64,000 nucleotides of DNA from Magallana gigas (Eukaryota), in NCBI RefSeq assembly GCF_963853765.1, contig NC_088858.1, positions 47,802,001 to 47,866,000 on the forward strand. Reading direction: 5' to 3'. Shown here piece by piece: positions 12,663 to 24,705 of the stretch (its first letter is position 1; every line of letters starts with the position of its first letter). Made by a program: the position numbers and the translations under genes. The notes under the pieces were generated by a model that did not search any database, had not been told where the DNA came from, and saw only the letters and a program-made list of their open reading frames with translations.

Positions 12663-14216
12663 ATGGTGAATTCGAGCCTTTCAGAACTCGAGTTTAACAA
12701 TGGTACTTTTTCTGAGGATCATATTCTGTGGCTTGCCAATGAGCGCCTGTATCATATCAACACCCCAACAGTGGTCTTCTACATCATCGCCATTATTATC
12801 GGGGTGTTTGGAAATTCACTTGTTATTTACGTCTTTCGATTTCGTTTCAAGCGGACCACCGCCAACATATTCATCGTGTGCTTGTCTACATTTGATATCA
12901 TAACATGTTTTATGTTAATTTTTGAAGTTTTTGACAAACGTCTTCCTATGTACAGCGGGAATTACCCGGCAATATGCAAACTGGTTCGATGTGTGGAGGT
13001 GTTTGCCAATGGAGGTGCTAGTGTCATTCTCGTAGGGATAGCATTTGATAGGTATTATAAAATATGTAAACCTTTCAAAAGACTTTCAATGAGGAGAGTG
13101 AGAAATCTGATTATAGCAACAATTATAGCAATGACTTTTGTAAGCTGGCCGATGTTGCTATTTCACGGATCCGAGATGGTGGCTACTAACTACCCGGACA
13201 TTTCCGGAAAAGATTGCGCGGATGACGACGATTATAAAGGATCTGTTTATCCGGGGATATATTTCATCATCCTGTTTGTTTTTATCATCGCCTGCATTGT
13301 CCTTATTGTGGTCCTATATTCCTTGGTTTTCTCGGCTATCCTAAGATGGAAACACAGGATTGTGGGCGAGGATGTCCGAATGATGTCTCTGTCCGAGAGC
13401 ATTAAAGCCCCCTCGTCTGCCTCCTCATCACGGAGAAAAAGAAACCTTTCACATACTCAAATAGATGATAGACCCTATACTATTGCAAATACTACAGATT
13501 TTGATAGTGTAGCTAATTTTTGTAGTAATGATGTGTGTGATACAGGCGCGTCTGAGCTTGAAACAAGGCAAAATGAGCCAACAAAAATGGCTCCCTGTCA
13601 GAAAAATGCGGATGGTGACAACGACCATTCTTATTCGTCTAGCACTGGTGTGGTCAACAAGGGATTCACAGACTCTGATCGCAACATTGAAGAGGATGTG
13701 TTTTCAGATATGACAAAAACGATATCTTGTTTGACAATCAACAATTACACTGAAAACAACATGTCAAAAACGACAATTTCTAACGAGGTTGTGATAGAAA
13801 ACCCAATCAAAGACGCCGTTCGAGAGCAGCAACAGCAGGACTATGTCATCAACGGCTCCATGAGCATCGATAGACGCAAGATCAGTCTAAAGTACAAAGT
13901 GAAGCTCCCAAACTTCAGAAGCAAGTTCCGGCGGCGCGGTAATAAAGCGGACGTTCGGATGAGTGCTACCACCCTGGTTTTCGGCCTCATTGGTCTTCTG
14001 TATGTGTTGAGTTATATCCCTACTATAGTTGTGGAGAGCGTCAACGCAATACAGCCCCTCGTCGAAGAAAACCTTCCTGATAACACGAGAAAAGTTGTGG
14101 TTTTGGCAAACTCTGCTTACTTCATTAATGGGGCTTTCAATCCCTTGATATATGGCCTATTCAACAAGGCTTTTAGAGATGAGCTTATTCTAATTGTAAA
14201 GGGGCAATCAAAATAG
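12663..14216 (+). CDS. Class A orphan GPCR, paralog 3, single coding exon
   Basis: 517-aa ORF; 7TM with GN, LSTFD, AFDRYY, SWP, SYIP, NPLIY and a long ICL3. Candidate short 5'UTR intron at ~12531-12634. Confidence 0.95.
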   Translation: MVNSSLSELEFNNGTFSEDHILWLANERLYHINTPTVVFYIIAIIIGVFGNSLVIYVFRFRFKRTTANIFIVCLSTFDIITCFMLIFEVFDKRLPMYSGNYPAICKLVRCVEVFANGGASVILVGIAFDRYYKICKPFKRLSMRRVRNLIIATIIAMTFVSWPMLLFHGSEMVATNYPDISGKDCADDDDYKGSVYPGIYFIILFVFIIACIVLIVVLYSLVFSAILRWKHRIVGEDVRMMSLSESIKAPSSASSSRRKRNLSHTQIDDRPYTIANTTDFDSVANFCSNDVCDTGASELETRQNEPTKMAPCQKNADGDNDHSYSSSTGVVNKGFTDSDRNIEEDVFSDMTKTISCLTINNYTENNMSKTTISNEVVIENPIKDAVREQQQQDYVINGSMSIDRRKISLKYKVKLPNFRSKFRRRGNKADVRMSATTLVFGLIGLLYVLSYIPTIVVESVNAIQPLVEENLPDNTRKVVVLANSAYFINGAFNPLIYGLFNKAFRDELILIVKGQSK

Positions 14217-15751
14217 TAAAATTGTTTCGTTGACATGATTTAAAAAATGTACACAGTTACTAGTAAACTTGTCCTTTTCAAGCAATGTAACAAAATCTAC
14301 CTCATCATTTTCTAAACTGCATAAGACTATCAATTGCATGATATTATAAATCGTATATTGTGTGCAGGTATATACGCGTATTCTTGCAACCCTGTTTATA
14401 TATATTTTGTGTATTTGATAGAAATGTCGATAGCTTGCTATTAGAATATTCCATCATGGTCAAAGCTGATTGACAACTACCCATCACCTGTCTGTCACGG
14501 GAACCGCAATAAGATAGTATAAATCACACACAGACGGTCCATGCCGACAACACTGACCAAATTCCTTGGGAGGGGACAGTCCTTTATAATGCGTTGGTAG
14601 TAAACAATTTCAACTTACCGTGGCCAACAACGTCACAGAAAATAATTTTGTTTATCATGTTGTCCAATGCATGTCAATAACTAATCTCGATGTGCTACGA
14701 TAGCTTTGGGCTTTAATTTTTTTTTTTTTTTTACTTTTGATTTTCATTAATGCGACTCATTTTGAAATTTAACATGGACCGACGTAACAATAGGAATTAT
14801 TGTTTACAACTGTGTTCAATTTAAAACCGAGCTTTACGTAGGTTGACTCAAAATCAGTGTCAAAAATAAAAACGGAGAAGATACACGATCGATGGCCCAA
14901 AATAAAATTACCTATTTACGACTTTCATATTTTTGCAACTAAATTTACAATATTCAGTCAATTTTCCTTGATTTTACATGGTTTGTTCCGGTTGGTTATT
15001 TTAGAACAGGGTGTGTTTTAATTCTTTGTGTGTGGGATTTTTTTTATGAGAAAATGTGGTTATCCTCAGTACAGATAATTGTCCTTGTTCAATGTAAAGG
15101 TAAAGAAATTTAATAGCAATGTGTAGCAAGTGTCTAAAAGCTTCAATGCTTATCTAGCTAACCGATTATAATGTAAATATGCCACTAAAACTTTTTTTGA
15201 TATGATATGTTAAACCCATTGATGATTCATGTCACTAGCGCATATCGCAGTATCCCTTCCCTTTCGTTTGGTCTTGAATCAAGATAACTACGTGTACAAT
15301 CAAACTTTTATCTATATAATAGATATTAAAACTTTTTTGTTGTTTTTTGTTTGTTAACATATTTTGTTAAACCGCGTCTAGTAAATCGCTTATTGTCCTG
15401 CAACCCTCCAATAGGTTACCTGTAGCTGGCCAGTAAGTGTCCACGTATTAGACGGGTACTGGTTACATACTGGACTGCTGCAGATAATTGGGTTTTACAA
15501 ACACTAACTCACGGAAACACATTCGGGGAGAAAACATACCATGTACTGGTTCCTTCAATCTCACGGGAATTTATCGGCTTTCACGAGCAAAACTGCAAAT
15601 ATCCATGAGAATTGAATTTACAGATCCAGAGAAGTAGAAAATTCTAGCAAAATCAAAATACCCTATCGCACGAATTCTAAAAGCATAAATTCATTCAGTT
15701 GGAAGTCAATTTGATGAAATTTACATCTAAGATCACGTACGTGAGCGGATG

Positions 15752-15931
15752 TAATTTTAACAAGTAGCGATCGTACTTGAGATGATCAAAGATCTAATTT
15801 TAACAAGTAGCGATCGTACGCGAGAGGATCCAAGATCTAATGTTAACAAGTAGCGATCGTACGCAAGAGGATCCAAGATCTAATTTTAACAAGTAGCGAT
15901 CGTACGTGAGAGGATCCAAGATCTAATTTTA
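15752..15931. repeat. Minisatellite, 43-bp unit, ~4 copies
   Basis: gatctaattttaacaagtagcgatcgtacg(c/t)gagaggatccaa starts at 15791, 15834 and 15877, with partial copies at both ends. Confidence 0.9.
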
Positions 15932-17046
15932 ATTTTATTGATTTAAAGTGCTCGATTAACATCGTCATTTTATATGAAATTGAATTGGAAAAGAATTTTA
16001 AATGAAAACGGACATTCATAATTATATCAATGTTTTAACATTTTAATCCTACAAAATCGCACAATTCTCTACCACTTTTGTACAAAAAATGACCAATGTT
16101 GGAAATTTCGAATTATGCTCACCTTTAAGCATTCTTTTACATGACGCAATGTTGACCGATGCAAAAAACTTTTTGTTTATCTTAACATGATTTTGTGTCT
16201 TTACAAATGTTTTCTTCAATATTTACATACATTGTCAGCGGTCCTGAGTCCACTCTTTGCCACGGTCACGAGTGGACTCGGGAGCCCCGACATTGTGAGG
16301 ATGCAATATTTAGTTTATTTACATACCCAAACGCAAAATGATCTGTTTTGGTCTAATGCTTACTGTAAACTTATTGGATGTTGCCAGTTAAAGTGAATAA
16401 CACAGAAAGATCGTAAAAACTGTTCACAAACGATGAAGAAACGAAATGTTTTAGTTATAAACCAAAAATTGTCCATTCTGTCAGTTATTGTACTCTCCGA
16501 GGCGTACGATATCTGACAGAATATACAGTTTTTAGCTTATAACCATTGCTGAAATATGGTCCTTATGTATTTAAAATTACCTTTAAAAATTCACACTTTC
16601 TTCAATTTGAATACGTTGTAAATTGTTGTATGAAAAAAACTACACAAAAAAAATAGTTGTTTTTTCTTTATTTAATTTACTTAACTTCCAGTAAAGCACA
16701 ATGTACAAACATAGTTAAGAAGATATCATCAGTTTGTCTTAAACTACAAAATCTACCATGGATTTTATTAATGTACAATGTAGTCCACGAGACAACCATG
16801 TATAACGCAGTATATAGCACAGCGAAATGAAGTGAACTTTCAGATCTGTATAAAACATGTACCATTTGTATAAGGTTTGTATACAGGTACATGCACTAGT
16901 AGGGTCACATCTGTATGTATAACCTCAACAAGTTCTAGCACCTCACTGTGTCTTTGTATAGCTCACACACAGACAGTCATTACATGTACATGTAACTCAA
17001 AGTGGTGGACTACCAGTTGGTCATAGACCCACTGGTGGGCCCTCGG

Positions 17047-20000
17047 TCACCGCGTGAGCTTGGCCCGCTTCTCAGGGGGAGGTTTGATGCTGTTGGCTTT
17101 ATCATCCGGTTTTTCCTGCTTTATCTCCTGTTTCACCACAGCTTCCTGTTTCACAGGCTCTTCTAAAAACAGAAATTGGGTTGTATTACTGTTAGCTCGT
17201 ACCATACAACCACAAGCACTTCTTTCTGCAATGAGGTTAAACCCCATAGTATAATAATAATAACACAAGGATTCTTACTCCTAATTACATGGGGTATAAC
17301 ACTTCCGTTAATGGCAATTTACTTTGCTTTCAGAGGAAAAACAGCAAATAAATGTTTATTTCCATTCATCTTTTGGATAATTAACTACAAAATTATGTTT
17401 TGAATTTTGCTATGAAGTAAATTTCATTGCAGAAGTGCCTGTGCAAAAAACACATGCCAGTATTTCTAAGCAATATTTTTTCCTGCAAAATAATAAGCAT
17501 CACAATGGCTTAAATATAAATATAAAGATATGTGATTACCCCATAATAAATGTATTTTACAACTGTTTAGAAGTTTAAAGCTAATAATATCCATCTCTAA
17601 AGTTAAAGATAATAATCCCATTACCTTTGACCTCTGTATGAATAGGCTGTACAACTTTAGGTGGGAACTTTTTAGCAAGTTCTCCCAACAAATTATCCAC
17701 TCTCTGTCTCTGAAAGAAAGAACTTGGCTCCTCTTTCTTTTTCTTGTCAGAAGATTCTTTTTTCTCTGTAACAAAATATGATGAATGAGAGAAAAATACT
17801 TTTCGAATTAATTAGTCAAAATGAAATATCGAACTGGATCCTTATTTCACTAAGACAAGGTAAAACAAACAGTTTGGAAATTATATGTAATTTAAAACAC
17901 AAACCTGGTTCCTCTTTTTCTGAAAACTCCCAGGAGTATCCCTTTGATGGATGATATCGAGAATAGGACATTGCTGATGAGAAAACATGAAAAGGCTCCG
18001 AATTAAATTATCATTAATAATCTTCGAAATGTTTTACATTCACTGAAAGTTTCCCTGATTTCATTATAAAAAAAAACTTCTTTTTTTTCAAATCAAAAAA
18101 CACTGATTTTAAAACTTCAAAAATATTTAATATATTAAGATTTTGAAGCATTTTTATAATATCCAAAAGTAGTAATTTTTAACTTGATCTATTCCTACAC
18201 TGTTAAAACATGTTCTATTCTTTGCCATCAATTCTATTATTTACCTTATGAAAATAATATATTTGGTACCCTAACAAACAAAAAAAAGAATTTTCTCAAC
18301 AAATATGCAATATAACAATCAAATACAGTAAATTTACCTTCATCAAAAGCTGACTGGAGACTGGAGACTGTGTTCAACTATTGGTAAAAGAGAAACAAAG
18401 ATACATGTATATATCAATTGACCCGACTTAATTTACTAAAATGTAAATATATGTACAAGAAATGAATTTCTCAAACATTAATAAAGAGGTTACCGTAACT
18501 TCATTTGGTCAATTTTTGTAGTTATGAACAATGATATTGGCCATTTTGTAGTTATGAACTATAATATTGGCCAATTTTGTAGTTATGAAATATGATATTG
18601 GCCATTCTATAGTTATGAAATATGATTGGCAAATTTTTGTGGTTATGAACTATGATTACTTTAAGTGTCATAGTTCAAGAATCTGGTCTGACTTACCAGT
18701 CTGGCGTTGATGACAGAGTAGAGATCAGGTGCTAGATGGACCACTCCATTTACAATGTAGTAATCTGCTAATGGGGTCACTGTAAACCAAATTCCAAACA
18801 TTATAAATCCTTAATTTATTCTATGGGTAACAAAACAATATACAGTTTAACTTCGGTATCTCAAGCACCCGATATCTCTAATATAATGGATAATAGATAT
18901 GTCGCAGTGATTTTCAAGTCCCAACTTCTTATTCTTTAAGTGATTTACCCTTGATATCATGAATACTTGGATATCTCTAAGTTTTTAACCCGTCCCATCT
19001 AGTTTGAGATAACGAGGTTTGACTGTATATTAATAGAATTCTATTGGTTGTGTAATTAGATACATCTTCTAATTTAACTCATTGTGTGTTCTATGTCATA
19101 AGAACTATGACAATGACACGGAAAAATAAAATCATACCACTTTAATTAATACAAATCATGGAGCATCTTTTTATCACGTTATGTCACCACATTTTTCAAA
19201 AACTTATTAAGCATGATATCTGCAGTATATTGAGGCATGTGATAAAGCAATATGAAAGCATGTAGACTACAATCAATATCACTTTGTTTTATACCTTGTG
19301 TAGGTGAAAATCTGTGTTGTTTTCTGATGACATAAAGAATTGGCTCCTGAACATGGAGCAATATAAATTCAATTCCCACCATGTTACTGTAAGAGAAAAA
19401 TAATTGATATTGACTTCATCTCTATGCAATTAAAATACCGGTATATCTATTCATTCAAATTTACAGTTTCCCTTAATGATAAGATTGATATTCAAATAAA
19501 TAAATAAACAGAAATTTATTAAGATCGATCTGTAAATCATTTCACGTTTCAATGCAAATTTACCATAAACAAACCCAAATAGGCCCCCAGAAAATAATGT
19601 TTTGTTTCCCAGGCACTATAACAACTGCATGGTCAAATGATGTTGCACCGAATAATTTCATTGCCATTTTGAAAAGGGGATTACCTTTATTTTTGAATAT
19701 GAATATCAAGTTTTTCCCCTTTGTAAGTTCTGCAATAAAACGAGTGCCCTTTTGCTGCATTTTCTTAAAAATTATTTGCCAAATTTAAAATTTATTTGAC
19801 CCCTGAGATGTTATTTTGCCTACTTGAGCTGCTCCTGACTGAGACGCTGGCTCTTGATGATCTGGTTGTTACACATGTGGTCATAGAATGGGTTACTACG
19901 CTCACAGAAATAGTCCAGTACATTGGTGGGGTTCAGGAGGGGCACCCAGGCACTGTCATACCAGCTCATCCCCAACAGGGGGTTTTCTGTCAAAGAAATC

Positions 20001-21482
20001 ATCATCAACGTTTTATAGATTTCATTATTTATAGTCTGCCTTAAATCTTTTGATTAGTTCACTTTTTGAGAATTTTAAACTAAAATAATGAATAAGTTGA
20101 CTGTTCAAATGAAATTAAAATGAAATCCAATTTTTTTTCATTAACATGTCATCTGATTTTACCTCAGGAAAAACTCACAGAAACATTGCAGATTCATAAT
20201 GAAAAATGTTCAACCTCTTTCCTCTATTCAGAAGTACTAGGGACACCTTGCACATTTTTTTATTATTATAAAATTTGAGGTATGTTCATGTAATTTGCAA
20301 TGCAAAATCACAAACATCATCAACATTATTTTAAAACCCTGTACTGAAACCATTCAAAGGAGATATATTGAATGCATATCATTTGAACCCTCTTGCATTA
20401 ATGTTAGTAATTAAAAATAAGTATCTTGGGACAGAGTCAAAGGTGCTTGTTTCTGTAATAAAAGTAATCACTTTAGTATAATAATAACACAAGGTTTTTA
20501 ATTCTGAATTCTGTGGATTAATATCTTTTTCCGTGAATTGCATCCATTTTCGCTTTCGGACCAAATGCAACGGGAAAGTGCTTAATTACTATTACTGTTT
20601 ACATGTACATTTATTCTCTTCAATGATACCGATAATTGATCTACTAAATCATATATGGCATGCTTACATTTATTTATTTCTATCTGCATAAACAGCATAA
20701 AACCACTGAATACAGACTGGATAAGTTGTTTCACACCTATGCGGTAAGTCCTATATATGAACTGGTCTTGGGCTGAATAATAGGGTAATTTGTCATTTGA
20801 TTTCATACCAAGTATGAGGTTTTGGGCAGGCTAAAAATATCGCAGATTATGATAAAACAAAGCTTTTATCTGTTAAATAAGGTATACTTTTCTAATTATT
20901 TTGGTCGATATACACCATGGCGTGCTTAATTTTGGAATGTTTTAACACAGGGTTTTTGTAAAAAAAAAATAAATTGTATTTGTTTTTTATTTCTGCATTC
21001 TGCCTTATATGTCTGCCTGAGACCAGTGCATAGAGGTTTGTGGTAATGCATGAAACAACTTTGGAGAAAAGATGTAAACATTTTCCTTTGTAAATCATGT
21101 GTATCGGGTGCTGGTCACTTCGCCCCAAAGCCAAAGCGCCCCATGCACGACCGCCCCAAATTTTCTTGGTGCGCCCCAAGTGCAATTCACGAGCGCCCCG
21201 AGTGTATGTCACGAGCGCCCCAAATGTTGCTTTTTTTCATGATTAAATTTTTTCACGTATATGTCAGGAGCGTTTTTTCTCCTTAAAGATATAGGAGTGT
21301 ACCCTAGGGTACAAAAGTATCACCTCAAAACATAGTCCTATTTTCTTGCCATATATGCTTTCATTCATGCTATAGAAATAATCCATTGTCAGGAAAGTTA
21401 AAACACACATGTAAGCTGAGCCGAAAACCACATCGCTGTAAAATTGACATTCTAAATTGTACCAACACTTACCAAGACTCAT
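17047..21482 (-). CDS. MED6: Mediator of RNA polymerase II transcription subunit 6 (8 coding exons)
   Basis: Minus-strand exons 21482-21473, 19986-19824, 19386-19295, 18779-18697, 18377-18338, 17973-17905, 17765-17625 and 17162-17047; all GT-AG with continuous phase. The translation ([103 protein letters not shown]) matches known MED6 motifs throughout. The exact start codon is less certain (see findings). Confidence 0.95.
18517..18657. repeat. Intronic minisatellite, ~30-bp unit, ~5 copies (MED6 intron 4)
   Basis: ttttgtagttatgaac/aa..atgatattggcca repeated head-to-tail. Confidence 0.85.
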
Positions 21483-21558
21483 TTCTAATGTGTAAAAGTC
21501 GTCTGCAATAGGGATAATAAAAAAATTCTAATTCAGCAACTTGGCAAGGCTCTCTTGT

Positions 21559-21582
21559 CCGCCATTTTTAGATCACGTGATC
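21559..21582 (-). promoter_or_regulatory. MED6 5' region: YY1-type AAAATGGCGG motif and palindromic E-box GATCACGTGATC
   Basis: ccgccatttt at 21559-21568 reads AAAATGGCGG on the minus strand; gatcacgtgatc lies at 21571-21582. Both motifs are typical near housekeeping-gene TSSs. Function is inferred. Confidence 0.55.
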
Positions 21583-22506
21583 GTTATTGAGCGGTTACTA
21601 CTCATTTCGGTCTGTATTATTTCGGCACGACAATTATTATCAATAATGAGTTCTGCATCACTTTATTCTTACAGCTATAAAAATAAAACACACACACATC
21701 ACAAGGTATATTTCATCACACTCTCCCATAAAATGTCTGTAAAAGATAATGCATTTGTTTAATGTTTTTATTGAAAACTAATTCATGAGAAATTGATAAC
21801 AATAGAATATCTGATACATGATTTTCTGTTATGTTCAAAGATAACATCTAAATGGTCAAGAAATCAAAACATGATAAACTATCTGGTTTATAAATAAACA
21901 AAGCTTTTTACACACGCGTGGTTAAAGGTTTTCATAAATTATCAAATAAAAACCATGTCGTTTCAATTAATATCAACAACATATTTTTAAGAAAGATTAT
22001 TTTGCTTGCGAGAGACTGCATGGAACTAAAAATAATTGCAGTCACACATACATGTACATGTAATTACTATTTAGAGGGCTTTATATATTTTTTTAACATT
22101 TCAACGAATTTTGGTAATAAGGAAATAAAATGTAATTCTTAAAAAATAATTTTTACCCACATGTATCGGTAGCTGGTATGGATTAAACAAACAAAATAAA
22201 ATGTTGAGAACTGGTATTAGCCCACTTTCATAAGAGTAAATGAATCTTATTTACTTATTGCAAAAGGAGTATCTAAAATCATAAAGATTTAATAAACAAC
22301 AGATTTGTTTAACTGTTATACATTGTACAACAGTATAACATTAGAACTACACATCAATGCAACAACTACTAGAATGAATTCCACTTAAAGTTCTACTTAA
22401 TTCAACATTTTCAAAATAATTAACGGTAAGAATAATTCAGAATCACAACATGCTGTTAGTTACATGTACAGTACATATTCTTGGAATCCAGTGCTTCATT
22501 TTAAAG

Positions 22507-24705
22507 TTACGTCCAAACATCTTCTAAATATCTCCTCTCTAACCTTAGTTTGGTGATGAAAGATTTTGTCTCACTCTCTGTCATTTCTTTCTTCTCTTGC
22601 AATATTTTCATAAAAGTTTGATTCACATCTTTGGCCATGTTCTTGGCATCTCCACAAACATATATAACTGCTTTCTGATTGTAAATCAATTGGAGTACCT
22701 GCTCAGCATTTCTTTTGATATTGTCCTGGACATACTTTGGATCCTCTTGTGATATGGCTTCACGAGAAAATGAGACATAGAGTTTACTTAAAATATCCAC
22801 CTTCTGTAGTCTCATCAGCTCTTCTTTGAATAAAAAGTCTTGTGACCTGTTCCTGCAACCAAAGAAAAGAAATATTTCTCCGAATGCTTGGTCAGCAAAT
22901 TTTGCTGAGTTTTTCTGCATCTCCCTGTGTTGAAGAAAGCCGACAAATGGTGCCACTCCTGTCCCTGGTCCAATCAAAATGAGTGGTATAGACACATCAC
23001 TGGGCAAGCGGAAATACTGATTAGGTCTGGCGGAAATCTGTAACTGGAAGATTTCCGTATCAGTCCTATCTTCTGTTGACTCTTCCCTGATTTGATTCTG
23101 ATTTGTCACCCTATCCAACATACCAGTACATACTCCTTGCCTTGCAAAACTCCTGCCATCGCCCTCAGGAATATTTATCACATTGAAGGCAATGTCTAGG
23201 TGTTGCGGTGTCTTCAGAGGTGAGCTGCAGGCTGAGTAAGGTCTTGGTTGTAATTTAGGAAGAGACTCGATCAACCTGTCAACATCAGGATTACAGGATG
23301 GGAATGCCAGGAGGAGATCTAAGATACTGATTTCAGGATTCCTAATAAAGCTTGTGTAGTCACCCATTCCCTGTTTACTGCACAGTTCCTGCAGCCTTCT
23401 TTTTTCCTGTGGATTTGTTGTTCCTTCGACAAGTTGTCGGATCACAGCTTTTTTGGGAGGTTCTCGTATGTCAATATTGTATGTGAATAAGCTCCTGAGG
23501 GTGGTAATGGTAGGAATGTGGAGTGGAATGGCCGCTTTGGCTTTCTTGGTGTCTTTCATCAGTTCTATTTGGCAGATAATGTCAGCTTTGTCTAGAACAT
23601 TTAGTCTCTTTAGCAGCATTTCCACCTCTTTCTCTTCATTCTGACAATAAACTGAAACAGAATCTCCTGGCTGGTATTCAAACTCTTCACCAATTTTTAG
23701 TCTAAGTCTTAATGTTTTCTTCAGTGCTTCTTTTGAAGTCAAAATATCTGTTCGAATAACTGTTGCCTCTGAAATAGTTGTCACAGCTGATGAATTAGAT
23801 GGAAGAAGAGATGGTTTCATATCTTGATCAATATCAAAATTAATGGAGAGGTAGGCTGCTGGAAGTAAAGGAACAGTGACTGCAGCATCACAGAGAGGTG
23901 CAATTGACTTTCTGAGTGATGGTTTTGTTGATTCTTCTAAGGTTATATCTCCAATGTGCTTTACTAAGTCTTCTGTTTCATTCAATCCTTTACCATTACT
24001 AATAGTTGAAGAGGATTCACTTTCAAACTTATCAATGTTTGGTTCAGTTGAATCAGTGGTATTCTTTGCTTGACTTTCTTTTTCCTTGAAACGACCATTT
24101 GATTCAGTAATTTTAGTTTCAATTTTCTTATCACTGGATTCTCCATCTTTATCAAAGTGACTTCTTTCTACTTCAATTTCACAGATTTCTGTTATTTGAC
24201 TAGTGCCTGAAAAATCTGGACAGTTGAAAGATAGGAATTTGAGGAGTGCTGGGAAAAGCCCCTCAATCCATGGTTCTACTACTTGTTCTAAACCCACTGC
24301 ATCATCAGCCCAGCCTGATAAATAAAATCTCTTGGCCCCTAACTCTTCAAGCCTCTTATCCAAAGTTTTACCTGCATTGCAGAAGTTTGTATAGTTAGAA
24401 TCACCCAAACCTAACAGTGCATAATTAAGGTGTGATAAATAATCACTAGAATGTGTTTTCTTCTTCAGTCGTCTGAAGAATTTGAGGGCTGTTTCGGGTG
24501 GCTCACCATCCCCAGTGGTAGAGGTCACAATCACAACACAGGTTTCCTTTTCCAGAGTGAATTTCTTCTCTGCCTGACTGAGGCAGTGTCTTTCACATTC
24601 CAGTCCATGGGCTGCTGAGTTATCAAGGATCTCCTCTGTTATAGCATCAGCTTGTCCAGTCTGGGATCCATATAAAAGTAAAAAACGCTTCCTCTTTAAA
24701 GGCAT
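22507..24705 (-). CDS. MTRR: Methionine synthase reductase (diflavin FMN/FAD/NADPH), intronless CDS
   Basis: 732-aa uninterrupted ORF. Flavodoxin part: RFLLLYGSQTGQA, STTGDGEPP, YALLGLGDSNYTNFC, GWADDAVGLEQVVEPWI. FAD/NADPH part: LQPRPYS, GVCT, IGPGTGVAPF, FFGCRN, YVCGDAKNMAKDV, RYLEDVWT. These match MTRR better than P450 reductase or NDOR1. One 5'UTR intron is predicted (donor after 25412, acceptor before 24733). Confidence 0.95.
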   Translation of the reverse strand: MPLKRKRFLLLYGSQTGQADAITEEILDNSAAHGLECERHCLSQAEKKFTLEKETCVVIVTSTTGDGEPPETALKFFRRLKKKTHSSDYLSHLNYALLGLGDSNYTNFCNAGKTLDKRLEELGAKRFYLSGWADDAVGLEQVVEPWIEGLFPALLKFLSFNCPDFSGTSQITEICEIEVERSHFDKDGESSDKKIETKITESNGRFKEKESQAKNTTDSTEPNIDKFESESSSTISNGKGLNETEDLVKHIGDITLEESTKPSLRKSIAPLCDAAVTVPLLPAAYLSINFDIDQDMKPSLLPSNSSAVTTISEATVIRTDILTSKEALKKTLRLRLKIGEEFEYQPGDSVSVYCQNEEKEVEMLLKRLNVLDKADIICQIELMKDTKKAKAAIPLHIPTITTLRSLFTYNIDIREPPKKAVIRQLVEGTTNPQEKRRLQELCSKQGMGDYTSFIRNPEISILDLLLAFPSCNPDVDRLIESLPKLQPRPYSACSSPLKTPQHLDIAFNVINIPEGDGRSFARQGVCTGMLDRVTNQNQIREESTEDRTDTEIFQLQISARPNQYFRLPSDVSIPLILIGPGTGVAPFVGFLQHREMQKNSAKFADQAFGEIFLFFGCRNRSQDFLFKEELMRLQKVDILSKLYVSFSREAISQEDPKYVQDNIKRNAEQVLQLIYNQKAVIYVCGDAKNMAKDVNQTFMKILQEKKEMTESETKSFITKLRLERRYLEDVWT

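Noticed and set aside
16246-16279. Short hairpin gagtccactc...gagtggactc downstream of MED6 as a structured ncRNA
   Set aside because: Only a 10-13-bp stem with no family motif; insufficient evidence.
22507-24705. Bacterial contaminant or HGT (sulfite reductase flavoprotein / P450 reductase) to explain the missing introns
   Set aside because: The motifs match animal MTRR, base composition matches the neighbours, and a spliceosomal 5'UTR intron is predicted.
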